The notes beneath the pieces were generated by a model. The model saw only the letters and a list, made by a program, of their open reading frames with translations, was not told where the DNA came from and ran no database searches. A stretch of 64,000 nt of DNA from Octopus sinensis. Taxonomy: Eukaryota. Where the stretch lies: positions 54,374,001-54,438,000 of the forward strand of contig NC_043005.1 in assembly GCF_006345805.1 (NCBI RefSeq), read 5' to 3'. How positions within the stretch are numbered: the stretch's first letter is position 1; every line of letters begins with the position of its first letter. Shown piece by piece: positions 1 through 12,271 of the stretch. Made by a program: the position numbers and the translations under genes.

Positions 1-350
1 ACGTTCTGAGTTCAAATTCCGCCGAGGTCGACTTTGCTTTTCATCCTATCGGGGTCGATTAAATAAGTACCAGTTACGCACTGGGGTCGATATAATCGAC
101 TTAATCCGTTTGTCTGTCCTTGTTTGTCCTCTCTGTGTTTAGCCCCTTGTGGGTAGTAAAGAAATAGGTATTTCGTCTGTCGTTACGTTCTGAGTTCAAA
201 TTCCGCCGAGGTCGACTTTGCCTTTCATCTTTTCGTGGTTGATAAATAAAGTACCAGTTTCACACTGGGGTCGATGTAATCGACTTAATCTCTTTGTCTG
301 TCCGTGTTTGTCCCCTCTATGTTTAGCCCCTTGTCGGTAGTAAAGAAATA
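1..350 (+). mobile_element. SINE family D, tandem dimer (5' part outside window)
   Basis: Two head-to-tail units (1-166, 167-350), each GTTCTGAGTTCAAATTCCGCCGAGGTCGACTTTGC...TTTAGCCCCTTGT.GGTAGTAAAGAAATA. The same family recurs at 718, 49.8k, 52-53k and 62.8k. Confidence 0.85.
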
Positions 351-717
351 AATATTTTTGCGTCGGTTCCTAAGCCGACTTGCCATATTAATCTTTTACT
401 GCTTTTGATAATTTTATATCTTCGGTAGGATTTCGGTACATGTTGTTTAATATTGATCTTTATCAACTGCTACTTTTCTACCAGTCTAGAAAAGAGCTAA
501 TACTATAAATCTCATGCTGGGGACATTGTAGTTTTACCAGGGTCACATGAGTTAGTTTGGCTTATTAGAACTTTTAAACATGCAGACTACCTGATTTCAT
601 TGTTGGCGCGTGTTAATGTTTCTCTTTTTCTTTTCTTTTTTCTCTTTTTTGCCAATCAGAAACTAGTCGTCAGTTGAACTTTTTTTTTCTTTTTTTGGAC
701 GCTATTATGCTGGTCAG

Positions 718-1160
718 AAGGCAAAGAGCTAACAGAATTGTTAGCACTCTGAGTAAAATGCTTAGCGGAATTTCACCCATCTTTACGTTCAGAGTTCAAA
801 ATTCGCTAATTCAACTTTGCTTTTCGATATTGCGGGGTCAATAAAATAAGTACCAGTTGAACACTGGGGTCGATGAAATTGACTTAATCCATTAAGTCCC
901 AGAGTACTCAAATTTCTGAACATTACTTTTGAATTTTTACAGATGATTGAAAATAGGTTAAGATTTTTTTAAATTATTAAAACTTCTTTACTTCAAGTAG
1001 AAATGGAAATACTCGGTGTCCTATAATTAGGACACTGAGATAATGTGATATAGCTTATTTAAGGTCTTCATTTAGTGTCCTATTTATAGGACAGTGGTAC
1101 TTAATGGGGTAACCCCTTCCTCGAAATTACGGACCTTGTGCCAAAGTTTAAAACCAATAT
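718..1160 (+). mobile_element. SINE family D, interrupted by a TTAA MITE
   Basis: Head AAGGCAAAGAGCTAACAGAATTGTTAGCAC; body runs to GACTTAA (887) and resumes at CCCCTTCCTCGAAATT (1113). Confidence 0.75.
888..1108. mobile_element. piggyBac-like MITE
   Basis: Imperfect 15-bp TIRs TCCATTAAGTCCCAG / GTGGTACTTAATGGG (12/15), flanked by TTAA (884-887) and GTAA (1109-1112). Two internal palindromes: GTGTCCTA-taat-TAGGACAC (1016-1035) and TGTCCTAT-tt-ATAGGACA (1076-1093). Confidence 0.6.
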
Positions 1161-2264
1161 TAAGTTGGTGAAAACGTTTCAGTTCACTGCACACCAGTCG
1201 TACAGCCCTTCATTTATCCTACTGCTATCCATGATAAATGCCTATTTAAAATAGTTAAAAGCTGAAATGACTAATTGCGAGGTAAAAGTAACAGGAAAAA
1301 AATAAAATATTCCATTGTTAAGGAAAATTAACGGAATATAAATTATACTGTTGAAAACGTCTTAAATAAACCAGGAATTACAACTATTATATTTCTGTTG
1401 ACTTAGATGTTTCTTTTTGCTCGAATTCTGTAGAGAGAAAGCTGTAATCAGACGATGCCCACCTATCTAAAATCTCCTGCTAGCATGTTTATCATTTCCT
1501 GCATTCAGAGACTACATTTTTATGACGTTAGCTAATAGAGGTCACATGATTTTCATGATCCCTTGCTTCCAAAATTTGTATCTTTATTTGTTTTGCGCCA
1601 ACTTTGAGTTATAAAAATAGAGTCTTCTCACCTAGAAGTCAGATACGGACGAATAGCAGGCTAGTGGCGATCGAAATACAGAAGTGGGAAACACTATCAA
1701 GAGAACTCCTTGGCCAGTAACTGAAAAGGAAGTAATGCGAAAATATGCATGAACTATCGTTTGCTTTTTAAGACATTTTTACACTTGTTTCCTTGTATAA
1801 AAAAACAATGCTTCTACGACTCATTATTTTTCTGTTTCTTTCAACGCAATAAATTTTTCTTGATGACAAAATGACAAGCATATTGTCTTGTTACTTCTCA
1901 CTAGAAAAACGGCTTCATTTACATTTGAACCGTTGAAATTTTCTTACGTATCAAAAGATCATATTCTGCAACTATTTTTGGTAAGAATATTGTTTCATTT
2001 ACATTTACAATTCTGAAATATTCTTCATAACAAAAACAAAAGCAAAGGAACGTCGAGTTATTTCTAATAGAAATTTTCCTGCATATAATTCACAGATTCT
2101 AATCGCTGTCTTTGTAATAAAATATGAATTGCTTTGACTGTTTTATCAGAACGAGATTTTTCTGCGTGTCACTCATTGATTTTAAGCTTTGTCATCGTAA
2201 AAGTTAACTTTTTTATTGACTGCTATTTGTAGCTGAGATTTTCTTTCTCCTTTACCAAACCTGA

Positions 2265-3470
2265 TTATGTTTTTAACAAGAATTGGTTTTCTGTATTTGT
2301 AAATGACTGTTCGTTTGCTGAATTTACACATACCCTTTCTCATTCTTTTACATTTTAGTCATTTTAAAGTCAGTCCTTCTTGCTTGTTGTTATATGATCC
2401 CGTATGATTGTGTATTATCTATAATGGACAAGATAGTTTTGAATTCGTAAGGACTTCTCTCACGCAAAAACCGCATAAATTTCTAAAATCCATAGCGCAT
2501 TTTTACCAGAGTTGACAAATTAATATTTGTGCTTATAAAATTGGTTTTTGAATGTTAGTTTAGTTGCACCAATATATATTTAAAGTTCATATCATTTGCT
2601 TCTCAATTAGTGCTATATATTATAGACTTTGCTAGACTATTACCATCTAGTGGGAAATTCTCACGAATTCTACTGTTGCATGATCGTTGGTGACCAGCTC
2701 TTTGCTAATTTTTTTCGTTCTGCTTTACCAGCATTTTAAACTCTGATATAACAACCAAAATTCTTAGAAGCTGGGTAGATAACCTTAGCACAGTCTCAAT
2801 TTAATATTTCAATATACTTGTGCCTTGGCGGTAAGTATAATTCTGATTAAACTAAAGAATTCCCTAAGTATATTAGTTCTTACTGCTAGGTAAAATATTG
2901 GGTTGTACCATAAGATGTTCGTTTTCCTATTCTTTCTTACGTTATGCTTACTCAGTGCTTTTTACATATCTAATCTTATCGGAGAAGCCACCATTTCCTA
3001 ACACCTTATTACAATATCCAGCTGCTCCTATAAAAGCATCTTCATTGGAAGATATGATGGACATTTGTTTATTAATGTTCTCAACCAAGTTCTTAAGGAT
3101 ACAAGGTGGGTGATTCAATTGTCTATGTATGTACACTAACTTTTAATTTGGTTTGTGGTATGGCTAGAAATAATTATTATCTATGTCTCAGCAAGTGACT
3201 TCCCAATTAACTTCGATGATAAGATTAGTATCTACAGTAATACTAAATTCTATTTCCTAAAATACTTTGAATAAAATTTTTCCTAAATTAGTTATAATTA
3301 AATTACTACCATAACAATTTATAACTAACTTATGACCATTGCAATTTCTTGATAGCATCACGATTTCATCCCTCTATAAATCATAACCACTTCGGAGAAT
3401 ATTTTTCTCATTAAATCTAAAATATGTAGCCCTATGATTTCACTCTCGTTTTCTTCACACCTTACATATA
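2265..3470 (-). mobile_element. Penelope-like retroelement remnant 1 (RT C-terminal half, linker, GIY-YIG endonuclease), pseudogenised
   Basis: Manual minus-strand translation, with stops and frameshifts, gives in order: EIIGLHILDL, Y-R-D-E (degenerate GLYRDD), PYHKPN*KLVYIHRQLNHPPCILK, RKTNILWYNP, CNSRIRENFPLDGNSL, YIGATKLTFKNQFYKHK. This is the canonical PLE motif order with a C-terminal GIY-YIG. Confidence 0.85.
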
Positions 3471-3536
3471 ATATTTCAAAATACGTTCAAACAACAAATA
3501 TTTGAAGGGGAAAATAAAACGATCGGAATAATAAGC

Positions 3537-3547
3537 CCTCTCTCTCC

Positions 3548-3601
<54 letters not shown>
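3537..3601. repeat. (CT)n microsatellite
   Basis: Direct reading. Confidence 0.95.
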
Positions 3602-3608
<7 letters not shown>

Positions 3609-3650
3609 AGCCACTAAAGCTTTTTTTCCTTTCTCTATTTTCTCGTGTTC

Positions 3651-3686
3651 CCTTCTGTTGAAGAGTTTAGGCTCGAAATGTAAAAG
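3651..3686 (+). ncRNA. Degenerate minimal hammerhead-ribozyme-like motif
   Basis: CTGTTGA (CUGANGA with A6>U), extra A, stem II GAGT/GCTC with TTAG loop, GAAA, TGT, A, then a weak stem I (CCTT/AAAG). Confidence 0.35.
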
Positions 3687-3791
3687 ACTTTCTCACCTTT
3701 CTGAGTTTGTTGTTTATATACCTGTTTTGTTTTTTTTTTGTAAATTCCAACTACACACAGACACACACTGTTCGTCGGACAGTTTTGTTAA

Positions 3792-3840
3792 AAAATACTG
3801 TCCGACGAACGGGAACGTGAAACTCTGAGTAACAGATTTT
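3792..3840 (+). ncRNA. Minimal type I hammerhead-ribozyme-like motif (U4C variant)
   Basis: Stem I AAAAT[A]CTGT/ACAGATTTT; core CCGACGA; 2-bp stem II AC/GT with GGGAAC loop; GAAA; palindromic stem III ACTC-T-GAGT; putative GUA cleavage site after A3831. Confidence 0.5.
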
Positions 3841-3924
3841 GTTATATTTCTGCTGCTTTTAAATAAAGCATATTACTCTACCTCTGGTGTTTGAGTACTC
3901 TTTTTTCCACCTTGTTTCACATTT

Positions 3925-5512
<1,588 letters not shown>

Positions 5513-6094
5513 TGGTGTGGGTGGGTGTTCCTGGATGCGTTTAAGAGTTCGTATGTATGTATGAATGTATCAATGTGTGGAAAATTTTCATTATTCTCTT
5601 TTCTCTTGGCTGACCTGATAACTACTAACAATGTATTAATAATAACCAAGATCATGGAAGGTCTGAGTTAATGGGAGGCAAATTTCCCTGCCCCCCATCC
5701 CTCTCCAGTATCTCTCCATAATCTTCACACCCTCTTCTCCATCTCTTGTCAACTCATCTACACTCTTGTTTTTCCTGAAGGAATTTCTTTGTTTTTCAAT
5801 CTTTATTATTTATTGTGGTCTGGAAAAAAAAATGTGGTGGACACCACTTGAGACAATAGACTGCAAGAATATATGCCTTAATTGTACTATATTACATTTC
5901 AGATTCCCCAGCTATGAGTTCAGATCCTGCCAGGTTTGACCTTTTCCATTCATGCCTCTGAAATCGGAGAAATACCTTCTAAAGTTATATCTTTTACTTG
6001 TTTCAGTCATGAGACTGTATCCATGCTGGATTACTGCCTTGAAGTGTTTTATCAAACAAATCAACCCCAATACTTATATTTAAACTGGGTGATT

Positions 6095-7110
6095 TTTTTT
6101 TTGTCAGTGATGAAGCTTTCATCGTATTGACCCAAACGTCATAACGGCAGATACGACATCACCATTACTGCAATACTGGTTCCCATCCATGTTGCTTTTT
6201 CATGTGAGGGACAGTTTATAATCAGATAGGGCCAAATCAGAATAGGGAGGGGGATCAACCAGTTCAAACCTTTAGTCATGCACAGCAGACATTGAAACCA
6301 AGGACTTGTGTGCTGGAGCAGTGAACTTATGAAACAAGACTGCTTTCGTCAGTTTTCCTCTGTGTTTGCACTTGATAGCCTTTCATAAGCTGCCTGAGCA
6401 AGTTAGCAAAGTACTTTCCATTGATGGTGTGACCCTTTCAAAAACTGTCAATCAACACAATGCCTTTTGCATCCCAACAAACTGAGGCCATCACCTTCCC
6501 TGCAGATTAAACTACCTTGGCCCTCTTTGGAGTAGGTAAGGAGAGGTGTTCCCATTACATGAATTGTCTCTTTATCTCTGGGTTAAAGCAATGAAGCCAA
6601 CACTCATCCTGAGTTAGGAAACGTTCAAGGAAACAAGTTGGATCAGCCTGAAACAGTGTCAGATTTTGCATGATATGGTCAGCCTGGTGCAGAAGATGTG
6701 GTGTCAGAAGATCAGGTGTCAGAAGATGTGGTACCCACCAAGCAGAAACGTTCATCATGTCAAGTTCATAGGGCAAAATATTCACAGCTCTCTCAGGGGA
6801 CAAGCTAATAGCATTGGCTTTTTGATTTATAGTCAATCACCATGTGATGAACACAATGTCACCATGTGATGAACACAATGTTTCAGTGGTGGCAATTTCA
6901 GGACCTCAACTTCAGGACTCCCTGTTCTCTCCATAAAACTCAGCTGCCCAATTTTGTACTGTTGATAAAGCTGGAGCCTCATTTCCTAATGTAACAAACT
7001 TATTAGCATTAATGTCCTTGGGAGCTAAACCTTTTTTCTGCAGTTTTTGATAGCACCACGATGACAAATTTTGTTCATTTTCAAGAAAAGTCACTACTAG
7101 TTGTGTCTGG
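6095..7110 (-). mobile_element. Mariner (Tc1/mariner) transposase remnant, pseudogenised
   Basis: LQKKGLAPKDI...LSTVQNWAAEF; VSAWWVPHLL (WVPxxL motif); FLTQDECWLH (first catalytic D); VDPPPYSDLALSDY (YSPDLAP motif). Frameshifts, plus 15- and 22-bp internal tandem duplications (6690-6730, 6838-6881). Confidence 0.9.
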
Positions 7111-7244
7111 GGAGAGTAATTTTCTTTTTGTGCCTTATAATGTAACATACTCACCGGTAAAATTTCCACTTATTTCTTATTTTTATTTTCCTAAAATTTT
7201 CGTTGCGTCTTGCAACCTTTTCAATATTCTTGACTACTAGTTAC

Positions 7245-7282
7245 TTTTGAAGTCTTCTTTGAACAGTCAGATATCAATTTAC
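7245..7282 (-). CDS. Candidate internal exon (38 nt; (G)KLISDCSKKTSK), unassigned
   Basis: Minus-strand pyrimidine tract CATTGTTTCTTTCCAG acceptor, GTAACT donor, one open frame. No homology recognised. Confidence 0.15.
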
Positions 7283-7805
7283 CTGGAAAGAAACAATGCA
7301 GTTATTAATAAGAAGGGTTGAAATTAATGAATACAAGATTTCACATCTCTAGCATCACTCCTTCACAGTTAGCCTATAAACTTTACAGCTCACTCTCGTA
7401 AAATTTTCCTTTATCTTTTATCAAACCAACCCCAATACTTATTTTTAAATCTGGTGCTTTTCCTGTCGGTCTCTTCTGCCTAACTGCTAAGTTTATAATA
7501 ATTTTACCTCAAGAACCAGAAATAAACTAAAAGATGTGAGCTTTAAGCAACTGTTTTTTCATGTCATTCATAAAGGTTTTTAAACAAATGAACACATTGA
7601 TAAGTGTCTTCTTCAAATTTTCAGTTTATATTTCGAAAAATATTCACTGCTTGAATATTTCCTAATGAAAACCAGGATCTGTTTACCAGTTAATGATTAG
7701 AAACAATCAACTGTGAATACTGGAAACTGGAACTTTTCAGTCGTAATGTTTTGAAGAATACTCTACATTTGTATTGAGACATGTAATTTGTTAATTCTGG
7801 TGAAT

Positions 7806-8105
7806 CATCATCATCATCATCCTCATCATCATCATCATCATCATCGTCGTCGTTTAACGTTTGCTTTCCCTGCTAGCATGGGGTTGACGATTTGACTGAG
7901 GAGTGACAAGCCAGGAGGCTGTACCAGGCTCCAATCTGATCTGTCAAAGTTTCCAAAGCTGGATGCCCTTCCTAACGCCAACCTTTCTGTAGTGAGTGCA
8001 TTTATGTGCCACCAGCACTGGAACCAGTCAGGCAGCACTGGCATTAACCATGCTCGAATGGTACTTTTTACATGCCACCATCACAGGAACCAGTCCGACA
8101 TGGAA
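7806..8105 (-). mobile_element. Non-LTR retroelement 3' end with (GAT)n tail (family G)
   Basis: (CAT)n, then CGTTTAACGT..TTTCC.TGCTAGCATGGG.TTG...GCTGGATGCCCTTCCTAACGCCAAC. Further copies near 11150, 28930, 36370, 38040, 39714, 45307, 51225 and 62620. Confidence 0.8.
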
Positions 8106-8452
8106 GTCAGTTATATATATATATATATATTCTGCATATATATATCTGTATTTATGTACTCTTGATATATTCAACCGATGACGGTAAAGCTTATTTAAAG
8201 CAAAACCAGAAATCCTGGATCTTGAATTATTCAATAATTTTTGCTTGTATATTTTGTCCCTCTGTCTTATCTCATGGTGCGATACGAACACTTAACGTGG
8301 TTTTTATAGTCAGAGTTTCGACTGCTATTTCGGCATGTTGGTGTCTCTTAGACACCCTCATTTTCAATTGTTAAAAATTATTACCTTTGTACGGTATTTT
8401 TCCCATGCTGGCCACTTGATAATATGGATACTTAAATATCGATATTATCCTC

Positions 8453-8499
<47 letters not shown>

Positions 8500-8504
8500 A
8501 GTAA

Positions 8505-8655
8505 GGACGTGAATTCAAAACAAGGTGGAAAAAATAGTACTCAAATACCAAAGATAGCATAATACATATACTATATAGGTATATATAGTATATGTATTAT
8601 GAAACTCTGAGTAACAGCTTGTGAAAATTTTACAGCTTTAATAAAGATATATTAT
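8505..8655. mobile_element. Rearranged (inverted) second copy of the 3601-3924 repeat
   Basis: 8505-8557 is the reverse complement of about 3870-3920. 8601-8650 matches 3819-3870 forward. The junction is a perfect 20-bp inverted repeat. Confidence 0.6.
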
Positions 8656-8738
8656 ACATATATATGTGTGTGCGTGTTTTGTTGGCCAAAATGGCTTTCC
8701 TGTGATGCAAGCTCCAATTTTAAAATTTGCTGTAGAAT

Positions 8739-9137
8739 GGTGCAGGAGTGGCTGTGTGGTAAGTTGCCTGCTTACCAACCACATGACTCCAGGCACCTTG
8801 GGCAAGTATCTTCTACTATAGCCTTGGGCCGATCAAAGCCTTGTGAGTGGATTTGGTAGATGGAAACTGAAGGAAGCCTATTGTATATATGTATGTATAT
8901 ATGTATGTGTGTGTATATGTTTGTGTGTCTGTGTTTGTCCCCCCCCCACCAACATCGTTTGACAACAGATGGTGGTGTGTTTACAACCCTATAACTTAGC
9001 GGTTTGGCAAAAGAGACTGATAGAATAAGTACTAGGCTTCCAAAGAATAAGTCCTGGGGTCGATTTTCTCGACTAAAGGCCTTACTCCAGCATGGCTGCA
9101 CTCAAATGACTGAAACAAGTAAAAGAGTGCAAGAGTA
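8739..9137 (+). mobile_element. SINE family A, full length
   Basis: tRNA-like head GCAGGAGTGGCTGTGTGGTAAG, internal TA/TG microsatellite, GGTGTGTTTAC..TAACTTAGCGGTT body, (AAAAGAGT)n-type tail. Confidence 0.85.
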
Positions 9138-9519
9138 ATAATTTTATTTTATTTTATTTTATTTTATTTTATTCTACTTATTTTTGACAGTCATGTAATA
9201 CAAAACTAAGCAAATTTGTCTGTACATCAACTATAATAGAAACAATACTTTCACTGGTAGAAACTAGAGAACCTAGACATCTATAATACATAACAAGTAG
9301 ACTTGATGATATTTTAAAGAAACATGAACATTCTATTTATTATTGATGACATTAGATAATGTATTTCTATATAACTGGCACTTGTCAGTTACAATGGTGA
9401 GGGTTCCAGTTGACCCAACCAATGGAACAATCTGCCTGTGAAACTGATGTACAAGTGACTGAGAACTCCACAGATTCATGTACCCTTAATGTAGTTCTTA
9501 GGGAGTTTTGGTATGACAC

Positions 9520-9690
9520 AGAATACTACAAGACTGGCCCTTTGAAATATAGGCACTACTCATTTTTGCCAGTTGCGTGGACTGGAGCAATGTGAAATAT
9601 AGTGTCTTGCTCAAGAACACAATGTGCTGCCAGGAATTGAACTTCTGACCTTATTATCATGAGCTGAATAATTTAACCACTAAGCCACAC
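9520..9690 (-). mobile_element. SINE family C/F head fragment
   Basis: GTGGACTGGAGCAATGTGAAAT..GTGTCTTGCTCAAGAACACAA..TAACCACTAAGCCAC matches the reverse of 13831-13960. Confidence 0.6.
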
Positions 9691-10617
9691 ACACACAGGT
9701 TTCTTATAGATCACGTTTTAAATCACTATTGAAGGGTAACATCGTAGTTAAAATGTGGCTGGTTGTAGTTCTGTTTGATCAAGGTTGACCTTTGAACTGG
9801 AAGTTAAATGACAACAACAACAACAACAAAAACAACAACTAATGAATACCAGTTATGTATTGAGGTGTATCAACTCATATAGACATCCACCCTTCCTCTC
9901 TTCTGTCCCCCAACAGACAGATAACCTTAATCTTTGTGTTAAGGCTAGAGAAAACAAAAATCAATATTGTTATCTTCACATTACGTTTTTCACTTTGATA
10001 ATTTATCATCACCACCATCACCATCACCATCACATTATGACTTCCACCACCACCACCACCACCACCGCTACTGCAATCATTACTGCTGTCATCACCACCA
10101 CCACCTCCATCACTATGACACCACCACGCATAGCATCGTCATCCTTGTTATCAGTATCATCATTATTACTGCCCTCGCCTCCACCACCACCACCATCATC
10201 ACTATCATTAGTCAAGCCAACAATGCTATAAATAGTAGCTAAATCTCACTCAATTCACACTATGCCATCTTCTTAAAACATTTGTGTAAGATAGTGTAAT
10301 TCTAAATAGACTGGGGGGTCACAACTGGAACGTCTTTAGTCATAAATGTGATAGATTAGAATAGTCTTGAAGCTAAACATTATCTGAACACACCAATACA
10401 CCAACAAGGAAGCCTCATACAGCTAGAAATAACAGACCACTCCTCTTTAAAATCAAGAAGGACACATTTGAGAATGTACTGAATAAAACACCGAATAAAT
10501 GATGGAATGGTCATGACTGGAATGCCTTTGATCATACATTAGTTTCTTCAAAGATGACATGGGACAATATGAATATAATCATCATTGGCTTCCAGATTTG
10601 CTTTCATCTGCTGGCAT

Positions 10618-10691
10618 CTATTGGACAGATTATCTATAGGACAGATTATCTATAGGACAGATTATTTATTGGACAGATTATCTATTGGACA
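10618..10691. repeat. 16-bp minisatellite, about 4.6 units
   Basis: CTATWGGACAGATTAT units starting at 10618, 10634, 10650, 10666 and 10682. Confidence 0.9.
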
Positions 10692-11149
10692 TCAGTAACC
10701 TTCCCAATATATTCCTTCAGTTTTATGCCTTTCACAGATTCAAATGTTCTTGTATCTGTGTTAGACATTTCATACCCTTATCTCTTCTTAGTCTTCCTAT
10801 GCTATACATCTTGTACTGGTTCTGTACTATGCCTTTAACTGGTGTGTTTGTATGTGTGTGTTTGTGTGGGGGGGGGGGTGCGTGCGTGCATGTGTGTTTG
10901 TATGTGCGAATCAGCACAACAAAGTATGCAACAAGCCTGATCATTGAATAATAGCTACAGTCCAATGGACTTTTATAAAATCCCCATCTACCCAATTTCA
11001 TGATGTTTAGGTTGACCTTCTGTAAATGCACTTAATGAGATTGCTATAATGTGGAATCAAGCATGGAATCTTCTAATTCATCATCGTCATCATCATCATC
11101 ATCATCATTATCGTTGTCATTGTAATTTATCATCTTCGTTGCTATCATC

Positions 11150-11345
11150 ATCATCATCACCATCATTTAACGTCCCCTTTTCCATGTTTGCATGGGTCTG
11201 ATGGAATTTGTTGAGGCAGATTTTCCATGGCTGGATGCCCTTCCTGTTGGCAACCCTCACTTGTTTCCAAGTAACAGGATGTATCCCCATCACTTGACAT
11301 GTTTTCACAGAAGATTAGAAATGAAGGACAACGCTTACATGACAG
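11150..11345 (-). mobile_element. Family G retroelement 3' end
   Basis: (CAT)n, TTTAACGTCCCCTTTTCCATG, GCTGGATGCCCTTCCTG. Confidence 0.7.
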
Positions 11346-11444
11346 ACCCACTTATTTTCAGCTATCATGCAATGTCATGAGAAAGCAAGACTAATACACA
11401 CACACATACACACACGCACACGCACACACATATATATACACAAT

Positions 11445-11650
11445 GTAGAAATGAGTTGCAACGTCACAATTGTATCGGCCCTTGCCTTTCCCTTGGAGAA
11501 CACTGGTGGCGTGGAGAGGGGAGGCCGGTATGCATGGGCGACTGCTGGTCTTCCATAAACAACCTTGCCCAGACTTGTACCTGGGAGGGTAACTTTCTAA
11601 GTGCAATCCCACGGTCAGTCATGACCGAAGGGGGTCTCATCATCATCATC
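11445..11650 (+). mobile_element. SINE family F, 3' part
   Basis: Reverse-complement match to 50745-50945; ends GACCGAAGGGGGTCT then (CAT)n. Confidence 0.65.
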
Positions 11651-11881
11651 ATACACAATGAGTGCTTCTCTCAGTTTTTGTGCACCAGATCCACTCACAA
11701 GACTTTGGTTGGCATGGGGCATTTGTAAAAATCAATTACGTGAAGTGCCACACACTTGGACTGAGCCCAAAACAATATGGTCTGGAAGTAAACTTACAAC
11801 ACAGTCATACCTGTACCAATTGCGAAGCAAAATTCTTCACTACTTGGCCCTACCTGTGTTCACACTTTTATTTAGTTTATA

Positions 11882-12271
11882 GAGTGGAGGCGCAATGGCC
11901 CAGTGGTTAGGGCAGCGGACTCGCGGTCATAGGATCGCGGTTTCGATTCCCAGACCGGGCGTTGTGAGTGTTTATTGAGCGAAAACACCTAAAGCTCCAC
12001 GAGGCTTCGGCAGAGGGTGGTGGTGATCCCTGCTGTACTCTTTCACCACAACTTTCTCTCACTCTTACTTCCTGTTTCTGTTGTACCTGTATTTCAAAGG
12101 GTCGGCCTTGTCACTCTCTGTGTCACGCTGAATATCCCCGAGAACTACGTTAAGGGTACATGTGTCTGTGGAGTGCTCAGCCACTTACCCGTTAATTTCA
12201 CGAGCAGGCTGTTCCGTTGATTCGGATCAACCGGAACCCTCGTCGTCGTAACCGATGGAGTGCTTCCATCC
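11882..12271 (+). mobile_element. SINE family B, full length, young (tRNA-derived head)
   Basis: A-box TGGCCCAGTGG, B-box GGTTTCGATTCC. Perfect 12-bp TSD ATTTAGTTTATA at 11870-11881 and 12272-12283. Confidence 0.9.

Larger units (their letters stand above)
3601..3924 (+). mobile_element. Short non-autonomous repeat, probably Penelope pLTR-derived, lying between CT and TA microsatellites
   Basis: Carries both hammerhead-like motifs. Parts recur at 8505-8655 (GAAACTCTGAGTAACAG forward; GAGTACT..TTTTCCACCTTGTTT reversed). Confidence 0.5.

Noticed and set aside
1860-2200. Possible second tandem PLE RT segment (SDKT and FDT*ENFNGSNVNE resembling ADKT and FDVTMGSFDGAEVCE)
   Set aside because: The motifs are only about 200 bp apart versus roughly 450 bp expected, and the similarity is weak enough to be chance.
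11884-11960. tRNA gene calls at SINE heads (also 13831, 14082, 16260, 28190)
   Set aside because: A and B boxes are present, but there is no closed acceptor stem or cloverleaf, and each continues into a SINE body or decays.
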